From the NCBI GenBank assembly GCA_965247095.1, contig OZ251997.1:1888001-1952000 (forward strand): a DNA stretch of 64,000 nucleotides, read 5' to 3'. Of this stretch, positions 17,748 to 27,583 are shown one piece after another. A model generated the notes under the pieces. That model searched no databases. It saw nothing but the letters and a program-made list of their open reading frames with translations, and was not told where the DNA came from. The DNA is from Candidatus Multivorans sp. (lineage in GTDB: Bacteria > Acidobacteriota > Thermoanaerobaculia > Multivoradales > Multivoraceae). Made by a program: the position numbers and the translations under genes. The stretch's first letter is position 1. Each line of letters begins with the position of its first letter.

Positions 17748-18962
17748 TCAGAGATCGGTGTCGCCCCTGAGGAGTTGGCGGGCGATCATCCGGTTCATGA
17801 TCTCGTTCGAGCCGTCGGCGACGTTCACGACCCGCAGCGCCTTCCACGCCTCGGTGAGCCCAAGTTCGTTCGTGAACCCCAGCGCGCCGTGGGTCTGCAT
17901 CGCCCGATCCACCGCCCGGAGTCCGGCCTGAACCGAGTACGCCTTGGTCATGCTGAGCTCCTTGACCGCGCGCTCGCCCAGATCGAGCAGCCGGGCGACG
18001 TTCCGCCCCATCAGGTGCGCGGCGTGGAGTTCCGTCGCCGACTCCGCGAGCGGGAAGGTGACGCCCTGGTACTCGGCGATCGGGGCGCCGAAGGCGTGCC
18101 GCTTCTGCGCGTAATCGAGAGCCGTCTCGACCGCCCAGCGACCGGTGCCCACCGCGCGCGCCGAGTTGTAGACCCGCCCCAGCGAAACCCCGTAGAGCGC
18201 CGCCGATAAGCCCCGATCGACCTCGCCGATCACCTGCCACGGCGCCACACGGACATCCTCGAGGACAATCTCCGCCTCGTCGCCGCCGATATCGCCGAAG
18301 AGCGCGACGACCCGCACCCTCTCGAAACCCTCCGACGCGGTCGGCACCAGGAAGGCGGTGATGCCCCGCTCGCCGGTGGTCGCGAACAGTACGCAGTAGT
18401 CGGCGATCGGTCCGTGCGTGGTCCAGATCTTCCGGCCGTTGATCCGCCAGCCGTCGCCGTCCCGCTCTGCTCTGGTCGCAAGCGCCGAGAGATCGGAACC
18501 GGCGCCCGGCTCCGAGAGCCCGAAGCACATGATCTTCGAGCCGTCCATCAGGCCCGGCAGGACACGCTCCCGGGCCTCCGCCGTCAGCTTCAGCAGCAAC
18601 CGGCTGGGGCCGAAGGCCCAGTGCGCCAACACGTGCAGAAGCAGCCAGGGACGGGGGCCCAAACGGTGGAACAGCGCCTGCCAGCCGACGTAGTAAGCGA
18701 GGTGGCCGTGGCCGCCGCCGCCCAGTTCCTCGGGCACCGAAGCCGTGAACAGACCCTCGCGGGCCGAAGCCGTCCGTACCTCCCGAATCAGGTCGACGAC
18801 CTCCGGGCGCAGCCGACCGTCTTCGTCATAGCGCCGGCGCGGGTCGTCGAGCAACTCGCCGTGCCGCTCGTGCCGCGGCAGCACCTCGCGCTCCGCGAAG
18901 TCCAGTAGCCGCCTCCGCAGATCATCGATCTCCGGCGGCAGCGCTTCGGCGATCGCGGTCAT
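17748..18962 (-). CDS. Acyl-CoA dehydrogenase
   Basis: CFGLSEPGAGSD, NGRKIWTT, MQTHGALG, ADGSNEIM. Confidence 0.93.
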   Translation of the reverse strand: MTAIAEALPPEIDDLRRRLLDFAEREVLPRHERHGELLDDPRRRYDEDGRLRPEVVDLIREVRTASAREGLFTASVPEELGGGGHGHLAYYVGWQALFHRLGPRPWLLLHVLAHWAFGPSRLLLKLTAEARERVLPGLMDGSKIMCFGLSEPGAGSDLSALATRAERDGDGWRINGRKIWTTHGPIADYCVLFATTGERGITAFLVPTASEGFERVRVVALFGDIGGDEAEIVLEDVRVAPWQVIGEVDRGLSAALYGVSLGRVYNSARAVGTGRWAVETALDYAQKRHAFGAPIAEYQGVTFPLAESATELHAAHLMGRNVARLLDLGERAVKELSMTKAYSVQAGLRAVDRAMQTHGALGFTNELGLTEAWKALRVVNVADGSNEIMNRMIARQLLRGDTDL

Positions 18963-18985
18963 GTCGTGAGCCTAGCCGCCGCCGC

Positions 18986-19031
18986 CCTGGGAACGCGGGC
19001 GTCTCGCCCGCATCCGGCGCGGAGCACCGGC
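18986..19031 (-). repeat. REP-like palindromic repeat, family R1, copy 2
   Basis: Reverse complement GCCGGTGCTCCGCGCCGGATGCGGGCGAGACGCCCGCGTTCCCAGG matches 443-488. Confidence 0.7.
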
Positions 19032-19040
19032 TTGCCCCCG

Positions 19041-20708
19041 TTAGCCACCTCCGCCGAGCGCCCGGTCCAGGGCGTCCAGCTTCTGCTTCAGCACAGCCGC
19101 CTGGGCACCGACCTCGTCGCCGACCACGAGAGCCAGGTCGCCGTCCGGGTCGTACCGCGGCCACTGGGCCAATCCCTCGCCGTTCGGATCTCCGGTCTTC
19201 GCGAAGTTCGTCCAGTAGCTCGACAACAGATCGGCGATCTCGTGATCCCAGTCCTCCCAGTTGATCCCGACCAGGTCGACGTTGCCGAAGACGTAGGCGA
19301 GATCGCCGGAGTGGTAGGCGCCGAAATGGCGGGGACCGCCCTCCCCGCCCAGGTCGGGCCGGTCCGGCAGGTAGAGCCGGAACACCGGCGGCGCGTGCTT
19401 GATGAAGTAGAGGTACGCGTCGCCGCCGGCAGCCGAGGCATGACGGACCCACGTACGGCTGCCCCAGCCGAAGATCGTGTCCGAGCGGATGAGAGTCGGT
19501 ACCGCTCCCGGCGCCTGCTCCGCCTCGGCAGCGTACGCGGCCAGGAGATCCGGCGCCGCTTCGCCGTACTGCTCCTTCAACTGAAGCTCGAGTTCTTCCG
19601 CTCCAAGCGGCGGCCCGGGCGCGAACAGAGCGCTCGATTCGTCGGCCATCGAGCCGACCATCATCGGTACGCGGTTGTGTTCACCGCGGGCGTAGATCGC
19701 CGCGGGCTGATCCGGCAGGTACCAGCCATCGACCACCGTCTTGAAATCGGCCGACCAGCCCGAACTGCCGGCCGCCGCCAGCACGTCCTCGGCGGAAGCC
19801 GCGCGCAGCGTCGAGACCGCACTCTCCGGGGTCGCTCCTTCGGCCGCGCCCAGCTCGGCGGCGAGCAGGGCGCCGCTCTCCTCTGCCCGCTCAAGCGTCG
19901 GCAGCGGCGTGAAGCAACCCGCCGACTGCCCGATCGCGCGGTGGAACAGGCCCGCGGCGAGCGGCGACGCAACCAGGCTGCAGACACTCATCGAACCGGC
20001 CGACTGACCGAAGATCAGAACCCGCTCCGGATCGCCGCCGAAGGCCTCTGCATTGGCCTGCACCCAACGCAGCGCCGCGATCTTGTCGAGCAGGCCGTAG
20101 TTGCCGGACGATCTGCCCGATGATCCGTGCTCGGACTCGGCGCTCAGGCCGGCGTGCGCCAGAAACCCGAAGGAACCGAGCCGGTAGTTGATCGAGACCA
20201 GCACGACGCTCTTGCGAGCGAGCGCGGCGCCGTCGAAGATGAGCGACGAACCATGACCGACCTCGTGGCTGCCGCCGTGGAACCAGACCATGACCGGCCT
20301 CGGGCCGTCCGTACCGGCATCCGCGGCGGTCCAGAGGTCGAGGTAGAGGCAGTCCTCGCTGCGGTCGATTTCGCCGCGGCTGTAGATCGAGGTGTCGGGC
20401 GAGATCCGCTGCCAGCAGGGAAAGCCGGACTCAAGGGCGCTCCGTACGCCCTCCCACGAGGCAGGCGGCTCTGGCGGGCGCCACCGCAGATCGCCAACCG
20501 GGGGCGCGGCGTAGGGAATGCCGCGGAATACCAGAATGTCGCCTGCCGGACCCCGGCCGTCGTCGACGGCCGCGCCCTCGACCCAGCCGTAGGCCGTCTC
20601 GATGATGAGTCCACCGTCGCTCTCCGGCTCCGGACCGCCACACCCCATGGCGACGATCATCAACGGAATCAATGTCCAACGCAATGGCGATCGATACGGA
20701 CGCTTCAT
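19041..20708 (-). CDS. Type B carboxylesterase/lipase, probable lipoprotein
   Basis: FRGIPYA, SEDCLYL, HGG, NYRLG, GQSAG, HSGDL; lipobox AMGC. Confidence 0.92.
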   Translation of the reverse strand: MKRPYRSPLRWTLIPLMIVAMGCGGPEPESDGGLIIETAYGWVEGAAVDDGRGPAGDILVFRGIPYAAPPVGDLRWRPPEPPASWEGVRSALESGFPCWQRISPDTSIYSRGEIDRSEDCLYLDLWTAADAGTDGPRPVMVWFHGGSHEVGHGSSLIFDGAALARKSVVLVSINYRLGSFGFLAHAGLSAESEHGSSGRSSGNYGLLDKIAALRWVQANAEAFGGDPERVLIFGQSAGSMSVCSLVASPLAAGLFHRAIGQSAGCFTPLPTLERAEESGALLAAELGAAEGATPESAVSTLRAASAEDVLAAAGSSGWSADFKTVVDGWYLPDQPAAIYARGEHNRVPMMVGSMADESSALFAPGPPLGAEELELQLKEQYGEAAPDLLAAYAAEAEQAPGAVPTLIRSDTIFGWGSRTWVRHASAAGGDAYLYFIKHAPPVFRLYLPDRPDLGGEGGPRHFGAYHSGDLAYVFGNVDLVGINWEDWDHEIADLLSSYWTNFAKTGDPNGEGLAQWPRYDPDGDLALVVGDEVGAQAAVLKQKLDALDRALGGGG

Positions 20709-20737
20709 GTACGCATTCCTTCCTGCATCTTTAGGGA

Positions 20738-21139
20738 TCAGCCCTCGAGGAACTGCCGTCTGACCTCCTCCGGCAGCGGAACCGGCCGTCCGGAGCGAGT
20801 GTCAAGCCAAACCCAGCGGTGAGTAAAGCGGGCGATCTCGCGGCCGTCCGCCGCGGAGCTGACGTCGAAGTCCTGGTCGAAGCCCCGGTCGTTGGCCTCG
20901 GTGGTGCGCACCTGGATGCGCGCCCCCTCCTGCCACCGCAGCGGCGAGAAGTAGGTCGCCGCGGTCGACCGCTGCACCGCGTAGACGTGCTCCGGCTTGT
21001 GCCCGGCGTCGATGCCGCAGTGGGCTTCGAACCGGGCGTAGGCCATCTCGGTCAGCGCCAGCAACACGCCGGCGTGAACGAAGCCGGTGGCGGCGAAGCA
21101 GTCCGAGTGGCGGGTTTCGAACTCCGTCTCGAAGGTCAC
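20738..21139 (-). CDS. Acyl-CoA thioesterase (4HBT/hot-dog fold)
   Basis: ETRHSDCFATGFVH...YFSPLR...VWLD..GRPVPLP; GTG start chosen. Confidence 0.75.
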   Translation of the reverse strand: MTFETEFETRHSDCFAATGFVHAGVLLALTEMAYARFEAHCGIDAGHKPEHVYAVQRSTAATYFSPLRWQEGARIQVRTTEANDRGFDQDFDVSSAADGREIARFTHRWVWLDTRSGRPVPLPEEVRRQFLEG

Positions 21140-21149
21140 GCAGACGGCC

Positions 21150-22844
21150 TCAAACCGACGCAGCCAGGTACTCCCGGGCCTCCGCAAGCTCCGTGGGCTC
21201 ATCCGCGGCCTGCCACGCCTTGAGCAGCTTGCCATAGGCATCCGCCGCGGCTTCCGCGTCCCCGGCTGCGGCATGGGCGCGAGCCAGCCCGAGCAGGGAG
21301 CGGGGACGGTTCGGGGTGCTGAGCAGCGAGGCCTCGAACTGCTCCGCGGCCTCGGCCGGCCGCTCCAGTTGCAGCAGCACCTCGCCGTACAGCTCGCGGA
21401 TCGGCTTGATCGGCGACGCGGCGCCCCGCGGCGGTCCCATCGTCGAGGCGATCGCGACTCCCTCGTCGAACATCTTGACCGCGCCGTCGGCGTCGCCTTC
21501 GGCAAGCCGGATCAGGCCCGTGAGCTCGTGGTGCATCACTTGGGCGGGCTTGGTTCCGCGCTGGAAGGTCGAGCGGTCGGCGGTCTTCCGGGCGCCCATC
21601 TTCTCGAGCCGCGCAGCAGCCGCGCGCGCGACGGTCAGGTCGCCGGTGTGGACCGCGGAGATCCCGGTCGCGAGCAACTCCGCACTCCCCGTATCGTCGG
21701 TGATCTCGCGCGTTTCCCATTGCTCCGTCTCGACGATGTACCGGGCCCGGACCAAGGGCACGGTGCTCTTCCCGCGGCCGGTGTCGCCGGTGCGGTCGAC
21801 CAGATCGTCGAGTTCGGCGATCCACTCCCGCGCCTTCGCGTAGTCGCCGCGCTGCAGATCGCCGTACTGCCCCCAATCGAGCGAATGGACCATGTCGCCC
21901 ACCCTCTCGCCCGGATCCCAGAGCGCCATCGCCGCCTCGTACGCCGAATCGTTCGACTTCGAGACCAGGTCCCACATGCCGCGCTGAATGAAGATGTGGG
22001 ACGGCATGTGCCGGGCGTGCGAGACGGCAGCCGCGATCTCGGCGAAACGATGCGCCGCCGGCAGGGCCAGGGGCGCGTGAACCGGATCGTCGAAGGCGTG
22101 GATGGTGTAGTGGGCGGCGCCCGGGTGGTTCGGATTCCGCTCGAAGAGGCCCATGGCGATCGACCCCGCCATGACGTTCAGGCGGAATGTGTCGTCGCCC
22201 AGCGGCCCAACTGCCGAAAGCAGCGACAGCGCGTAGAAGGCCGCCACCTCGTCGTCATCCGGGTTGCGCTCGTAGAGGTTGCGCATCGCCTCCATGTAGG
22301 CGATGCGGCGCTCGGCAAGCTCACCTTCGGCAAACAGATTCTCGACCGCATTGAGGAATCCCAACTCGCGTTCGGTGGCCGCCTTCGCCGCCCGCTCCTC
22401 GCGAGTCGCACCGAGCCGCTCCAGGGCGGCACGCGGCGATTCCAGATCCCGCTCCGCCAGCAGTGGGTGGTTGTACGTCAACGTCTCCCCCCAGTAGGCG
22501 AGGGCGAAGTCGGGTTCCAGCTCCTGGGCGGCGTGGAACTGCTCGCGCGCCTGCTCGTAGCCGAAGCTGTGCAGGATCGCGACGCCGCGGATGAAGTGCT
22601 TCTGCGCCTCGCTGCCGGCCGAGGTCGGGAAGTCGATCGAGCCGACGTCGACCGAGGCGTCGAAGTCGGATGCCCCCGTGGGCTCGGCGGACGCCTCCGA
22701 GTCCACGGAGATGACACACCCGGCGGACGCCAGGCAGAGAACCGGGACCGCGAACAACGCTGCAACCCTGCTTGCCGAGCGCGGCGAACCGGAGATCACG
22801 CCGGAGGAACTGGAACGGCTGAAGTTGAACGGTGAACGAGACAT
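21150..22844 (-). CDS. TPR-containing exported protein
   Basis: FIRGVAILHSFGYEQA, HPGAAHYTIHAFD, HARHMPSHIF; AGGAGGG RBS. Confidence 0.8.
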   Translation of the reverse strand: MSRSPFNFSRSSSSGVISGSPRSASRVAALFAVPVLCLASAGCVISVDSEASAEPTGASDFDASVDVGSIDFPTSAGSEAQKHFIRGVAILHSFGYEQAREQFHAAQELEPDFALAYWGETLTYNHPLLAERDLESPRAALERLGATREERAAKAATERELGFLNAVENLFAEGELAERRIAYMEAMRNLYERNPDDDEVAAFYALSLLSAVGPLGDDTFRLNVMAGSIAMGLFERNPNHPGAAHYTIHAFDDPVHAPLALPAAHRFAEIAAAVSHARHMPSHIFIQRGMWDLVSKSNDSAYEAAMALWDPGERVGDMVHSLDWGQYGDLQRGDYAKAREWIAELDDLVDRTGDTGRGKSTVPLVRARYIVETEQWETREITDDTGSAELLATGISAVHTGDLTVARAAAARLEKMGARKTADRSTFQRGTKPAQVMHHELTGLIRLAEGDADGAVKMFDEGVAIASTMGPPRGAASPIKPIRELYGEVLLQLERPAEAAEQFEASLLSTPNRPRSLLGLARAHAAAGDAEAAADAYGKLLKAWQAADEPTELAEAREYLAASV

Positions 22845-23022
22845 CTTGTACTCCCTCCTGCCGCGGCAAGCCGCGCCGGCCACGGGGCTCTTGTGGAACA
22901 ACGCTTCGTGTAGAACAAGGATAGCGGCCAGCGGGCGCCGCTGCCGCCGTGTCTGTGTCAAAGTGAAGGCCCTGCCTCCTGAGAGCGTGTACCTGCAGGC
23001 AGCCCGGCCCCGGATCTCGACG

Positions 23023-25521
23023 ATGAAGGACCTCCTCCTCGCAGCGGCGATCTCGACCGTCCTCTTCGGGGCCGCGCCGGCGCCGGGCCGGGCGCAGCCG
23101 CCGCCGAACATCGGCGACGGCTGGTTCCGCTCGGTGCCTGCGGACCAGGGCCTGGACAACGCCATGGTCCAGGAGATCTTCAACCGCGTGCGCTCACAGT
23201 CCGATTTTCGGACAGTCCGGGGAGTCGTCATCGTCCGCCACGGCACGCTGGTGGCGGAGACCTACTTCGGCGACTTCACGAGCACCAGCCTCAAGAACGT
23301 CCATTCGGTCAGCAAGAGCGTGACCTCGCTGGCGGTCGGCATCGCCATGGACCGCGGCATGCTCCCCTCCGTCGACGCGCGTCTCGCGGACCTCCTGCCG
23401 CACTACACGCACCGCTTGAAGGAAGCGCCCAAGGATGGGATCACCCTGCGTCACGCCTTGACCATGACCGCGGGGCTGGCCTGGAACGAGACGGCTGGAG
23501 CCTTCTGGAACTCTCCCGACAGCGTCGACTACGTACTGACCCGGGACGTCGCGGCCCAACCCGGCGCCGAGTTCTTCTATTCGAGCGGCCTCTCCCACGT
23601 GATCGCCGAGGTGAACAACCGGGCGTCCGGCCAGAGCCACCTGGCCTTCGTCCAGAAGCACCTGTTCGAGCCGCTCGGGATTACCACCGCCACCTGGGAC
23701 CCGGACCTGAGCGGCCGTCACTGGGGCGGCACCGGGCTCCGGATCCGACCGCGCGACATGGCGAAGATCGGCCAACTCACCCTGCAGGAGGGTCTGTGGG
23801 AAGGCCGGCGGCTGGTATCGCGGGAGTGGATCGCCGAGTCGACACGCGGTCAGACCGGCGGCGTCGCCGGCGCTCCGAACTACGGCTACCAATGGTGGAT
23901 CCGGCCCCAGGGGCGCTACCTCGCCCACGGCTACAACGGGCAGTACATCGGCGTCGATCCGGATGCCGACATCGTGACGACGATGATCACCCTCTCAGAG
24001 CAGTCGCCGCGGCCGCAGGAGACCTTCCGCTACTACTTCGAGCAGCTCCAGGATCTCGCCCGCGAGGCGACGAGGCCGGAGCAGCGGGGACGGCTCCTGG
24101 CGACCGCGGCGGCAGGCGGGAGCGACCTGGACGGAATCACGATCGAAGTCAGGCGCGTCGGCGGCAGCGACGGCGCGGTGAAGCTCGCCTACGGGACACG
24201 GAACGGCAGCGCCCGAGCCGGCCGGGAGTTCCGCCGTACCGAAGGGGAGCTGCGATGGGAGCACGGCGACGCTTCGACGCGCGAGATCAGGATTTCGCTA
24301 CTCCCGAACGCGGCCGGCGATGCCGCGCGCGACTTCCGCTTCGAGTTCGAGTCGATGAGCGGCGGCATCGACGCCCCGCATCGGATGAAGCTCGAGCTCG
24401 GACCCGGCGGGCGGCCGGTCAACCCCGCCGGATCGATCGAGTTCACGGGACCGGCGTTCCCGGGCCACGAGGGCGACGAGGCCACGATCTCGGTGGAACG
24501 CCGGGGCGGCACGCAGGGCGAGGTCGCGGTGCGCTACCGGACGATGCCCCGCTCCGCCGCCGCCCACACCGACTTCAGCGCCGTCGAGGGCCGGCTCGTG
24601 TGGAAGGACGGGGAATCGGGCCCGCGCCTGGTCAACGTCCCGCTGATGGCGGACGAGGAGATCGAGCGCAGCGAGCTGTTCGACCTCGTTCTCAGCGACG
24701 TCTCCGGCGGCGCCGAGCTGCCGGAACCCCGCGCCGTGGGCGTGATCCAGGACATGACCGCCGGCCCGGGCTGCACCGACAGCGACGGCGCGCTCTGTCT
24801 CTCCGGCGGCCGCTTCCGGGTCGAAGTCGAGTGGCAGTCGCAGTACAACGGCAAGCGCGGCACGGGCGCCCTGCAACGCCTGAGCGACGAGACCGGCACC
24901 GCGACCTTCTTCTCGCCCGAGAACGTGGAACTTGTGTTCAAGCTTCTCGACGGTCGAGGCTTCAACGACCACCACTGGGTGTACTACGGCGCCCTCTCCG
25001 ACGTCGAGTACTGGCTCACCGTCACCGACACGCTGCACGACCGGGTGGTCGTCTACCGGAATCCGCCGGGCGAGATCTGCGGACGCGGCGACTCCGAGGC
25101 ATTCCCGGAGCCCGCCGGCGCGACCGCGATGTCGACGACACCTGGGTTCACGGGCGTCTTGCCCGCATCCGTCGCAACGGACGGCGGCTGCGCCCCCGGC
25201 GCCCTCTGCCTGCTCGACGGCCGCTTCGAAGTGACCGCGGAGTGGACCAAGGCCGACGGCGAGAGCGGCGTTGCCACCCCGCTGCCGGGCGCCGACGCCA
25301 CCGGCACCATGTGGTTCTTCTCGCCCGGAAACATCGAGCTCGCGGTCAAGGCTCTCGACGGCAGGTCGCACAACAACGCCTTCTGGGTCTTCGCCGCCGG
25401 GCTCACCGATGTCGACTACCAGTTGACCGTCACCGACACCGTGGCCGGCGTATCGAAGACGTACTCCAACCCGAGCCGTCCCTTCTGCGGCCTGGGCGAC
25501 ACCTCGGCGTTCCCGCAGTAG
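23023..25521 (+). CDS. Secreted serine hydrolase (beta-lactamase family) with two Calx-beta domains and two C-terminal LCL-xGRF repeats
   Basis: SVSKS (SxxK), YSS, HGYNGQ; two V.R.GG..G.V.. Calx-beta segments; two repeats LCLxxGRF...FFSPxNxEL...LDGR. Confidence 0.82.
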   Translation: MKDLLLAAAISTVLFGAAPAPGRAQPPPNIGDGWFRSVPADQGLDNAMVQEIFNRVRSQSDFRTVRGVVIVRHGTLVAETYFGDFTSTSLKNVHSVSKSVTSLAVGIAMDRGMLPSVDARLADLLPHYTHRLKEAPKDGITLRHALTMTAGLAWNETAGAFWNSPDSVDYVLTRDVAAQPGAEFFYSSGLSHVIAEVNNRASGQSHLAFVQKHLFEPLGITTATWDPDLSGRHWGGTGLRIRPRDMAKIGQLTLQEGLWEGRRLVSREWIAESTRGQTGGVAGAPNYGYQWWIRPQGRYLAHGYNGQYIGVDPDADIVTTMITLSEQSPRPQETFRYYFEQLQDLAREATRPEQRGRLLATAAAGGSDLDGITIEVRRVGGSDGAVKLAYGTRNGSARAGREFRRTEGELRWEHGDASTREIRISLLPNAAGDAARDFRFEFESMSGGIDAPHRMKLELGPGGRPVNPAGSIEFTGPAFPGHEGDEATISVERRGGTQGEVAVRYRTMPRSAAAHTDFSAVEGRLVWKDGESGPRLVNVPLMADEEIERSELFDLVLSDVSGGAELPEPRAVGVIQDMTAGPGCTDSDGALCLSGGRFRVEVEWQSQYNGKRGTGALQRLSDETGTATFFSPENVELVFKLLDGRGFNDHHWVYYGALSDVEYWLTVTDTLHDRVVVYRNPPGEICGRGDSEAFPEPAGATAMSTTPGFTGVLPASVATDGGCAPGALCLLDGRFEVTAEWTKADGESGVATPLPGADATGTMWFFSPGNIELAVKALDGRSHNNAFWVFAAGLTDVDYQLTVTDTVAGVSKTYSNPSRPFCGLGDTSAFPQ

Positions 25522-25532
25522 TTTCGGCTTAG

Positions 25533-26384
25533 ATGGGACGTATCCGTGGTCACGGCCGAGTCGTGCGCGCTCTGGCAACGCTGGCATTGGCGACGGCGCT
25601 GACGGCGCCTGCCGCCGCCCAGGTCAACACCGAGAGCATGCGCCTCGGCGCCGACGAGCCCGGATGGGGCGGCACCTTCGATCTGAACTCCTCTCTTCAG
25701 CGCGGCAACACCGAGCGCGAGGTCCTCGGCGCCGGCACCCGCCTCCAGTACGCTTGGCCACCGCCGGCTGAGACCGAGGGCGATGACGCCCAGGACGACA
25801 ACCTAGCCGAAGGCCCCGCCAACACGCTCTTCTTGACCTCGAACTACTCCTTCACCCGACTGAACGAGAACCGCTTCGTCAACAACGCCCTGAGCCACCT
25901 GCGCTTCATCCGGCGGCACAGCCCCAGAGTCTCCTACGAGCTGTTCGGCCAGCACCAGTTCAACGAGTTCATCCGCCTCGAGCAACGGCTCCTGTTCGGC
26001 GGCGGCGGCCGCTTCCTGGTGTTGCAGGCGCCAAGAACGGAGATGTTCCTCGGAACCGGGTACATGCTCGAGGGAGAGACCCTTGACCTGGCGGGGGAAC
26101 TTCCCGAGGCACGGCGAAGCGAGCACCATCGGTCGACGAACTACCTGACCGTCCGCTACAACAGCGAAGACGAACGTTTCCGCCTGGTCGAGACCCTCTA
26201 CGTCCAGACCCGCGTCGACCGACTGGAGGACTACCGCCTGCTTTCCGAGACCTCCTTCGAGATCCAGCTCCTCCGCCGTCTCGCCCTGGCGATCAACCTG
26301 AACGTCACCCACGACAGCGAGCCGCCGACCGGGGTCAAGGACACGGATGTCGTGCTGTCGAACTCGCTGCGGTACTCGTTCTAG
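25533..26384 (+). CDS. DUF481/YdiY-like outer-membrane beta-barrel protein
   Basis: Signal peptide, RGNTE, alternating beta strands, C-terminal LRYSF. Confidence 0.75.
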   Translation: MGRIRGHGRVVRALATLALATALTAPAAAQVNTESMRLGADEPGWGGTFDLNSSLQRGNTEREVLGAGTRLQYAWPPPAETEGDDAQDDNLAEGPANTLFLTSNYSFTRLNENRFVNNALSHLRFIRRHSPRVSYELFGQHQFNEFIRLEQRLLFGGGGRFLVLQAPRTEMFLGTGYMLEGETLDLAGELPEARRSEHHRSTNYLTVRYNSEDERFRLVETLYVQTRVDRLEDYRLLSETSFEIQLLRRLALAINLNVTHDSEPPTGVKDTDVVLSNSLRYSF

Positions 26385-26396
26385 GAGCCGCTCCGC

Positions 26397-26810
26397 CTAC
26401 GACGGCAGCGTCTCCACGCCCAGTCGCCCGGCCGCCTGGACCAAACGTCGATCCAGCGTGGCCAAAGCGACTCCCCGCCGCGCGGCCAGTTCCAGGTACG
26501 CCGCATCGTAGGTGGTCAGACCCTCGGTTCGGGCAAGCGACAGAATCTCACGGAATGCGCGGCTGTCGGTCTCGGTATCGGTCGTGACCGGCAAACGGTC
26601 CAGGAGTTCAAGATGCGCCGACGTTTGGGCCGGCGCGATGCGCTTCCGCCGCTCCGCCTGCGCCAGCACGTTGCCGACCTCCAGGCGCCAGAGCCCGGGA
26701 ACCAGCGCATCGCCTTCCTTCAGCCGGTCCTGAAGTGCATCCACGGCCGGTGTTGCCTCGTCCTCGAACAGCCAGGCAACCGTCACCGAGCAGTCGAGCA
26801 CGAAGGTCAT
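26397..26810 (-). CDS. vapC: PIN-domain toxin VapC
   Basis: FVLDCSV, EVGN, YDAAYL, TLD. Confidence 0.92.
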   Translation of the reverse strand: MTFVLDCSVTVAWLFEDEATPAVDALQDRLKEGDALVPGLWRLEVGNVLAQAERRKRIAPAQTSAHLELLDRLPVTTDTETDSRAFREILSLARTEGLTTYDAAYLELAARRGVALATLDRRLVQAAGRLGVETLPS

Positions 26811-27076
26811 CGGCGACCTTCGTCGCGCAGGTCCTTCCAGTTCAGACCGCCCAATGTCAGGCCCTTGCGCCGCCTGCGGAGCTCATCAATGACACTCTCC
26901 GTCTCTCTCCGCTCCACCTGGCCGGCAGGAACAAGCCGCGCGACAGGCTTGCCCCTGCGGGTGATGACCACCTCACGCCCTTGTGAGACCTTGTCCAGCA
27001 GGGCCGAAAGGTGGGTCTTCGCGGCAAATGCGCCGACACTCAGAGTGGGCTCTCGGGACTCATCCAACCAGTTCAT
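26807..27076 (-). CDS. Phd/YefM family antitoxin
   Basis: AKTHLSALLDKVSQGREVVITRRGKPVARLVP; 4-bp overlap with vapC. Confidence 0.92.
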   Translation of the reverse strand: MNWLDESREPTLSVGAFAAKTHLSALLDKVSQGREVVITRRGKPVARLVPAGQVERRETESVIDELRRRRKGLTLGGLNWKDLRDEGRR

Positions 27077-27250
27077 CCAACTAGTTTACACAGAACTCTG
27101 TCCGTGCGTCCCACGGCTCGACAGCCACGACATTCTCTCCAGCTCGCTGGAGCGCCCGGCGGCTGCATCGACTCGAGACACGGCACAATCCCAAGAATGT
27201 CATCTTCGTGCTACTCTAACCCCAGCTATGGAGCTACAAAGCTAACTACT

Positions 27251-27583
27251 ATGCCCACACCACACCATCCGCCGGCCGCCGTCAGGCGAACCCTCCGCAA
27301 GCTCGGCGCCGACCTCCGTGACGCGCGACGGCGAAGACGGCTGCCGATGCAGGTGGTAGCCGATCGGGCCTTCACTTCGCGCTCCACACTCCAGCGCATC
27401 GAAGCCGGCGACCACAGTGTAGGGATGGGCATCTACGCCGCCGTGATGCATGCACTCGGGCTGCTGGACGGGTTGGGCGAGATGGCGGACTGGCGCCGCG
27501 ACGCCTTCGGTCAGGCCCTTGCGGCTGCCGACCTGCCGCAGCGAGTTCGCTCCAGGCATTCGCCCTCGAAGCCAGGACGATGA
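27251..27583 (+). CDS. XRE-family HTH protein, HipB-like antitoxin
   Basis: LGADLRDARRRRRLPMQVVADRAFTSRSTLQRIEAGD; 4-bp overlap with hipA. Confidence 0.85.
   Translation: MPTPHHPPAAVRRTLRKLGADLRDARRRRRLPMQVVADRAFTSRSTLQRIEAGDHSVGMGIYAAVMHALGLLDGLGEMADWRRDAFGQALAAADLPQRVRSRHSPSKPGR

Noticed and set aside
27060-27086. Tandem 13-mer TCATCCAAC(C/T)AGT at the Phd antitoxin start
   Set aside because: Plausible autoregulatory site, but only two copies and routine for TA promoters.
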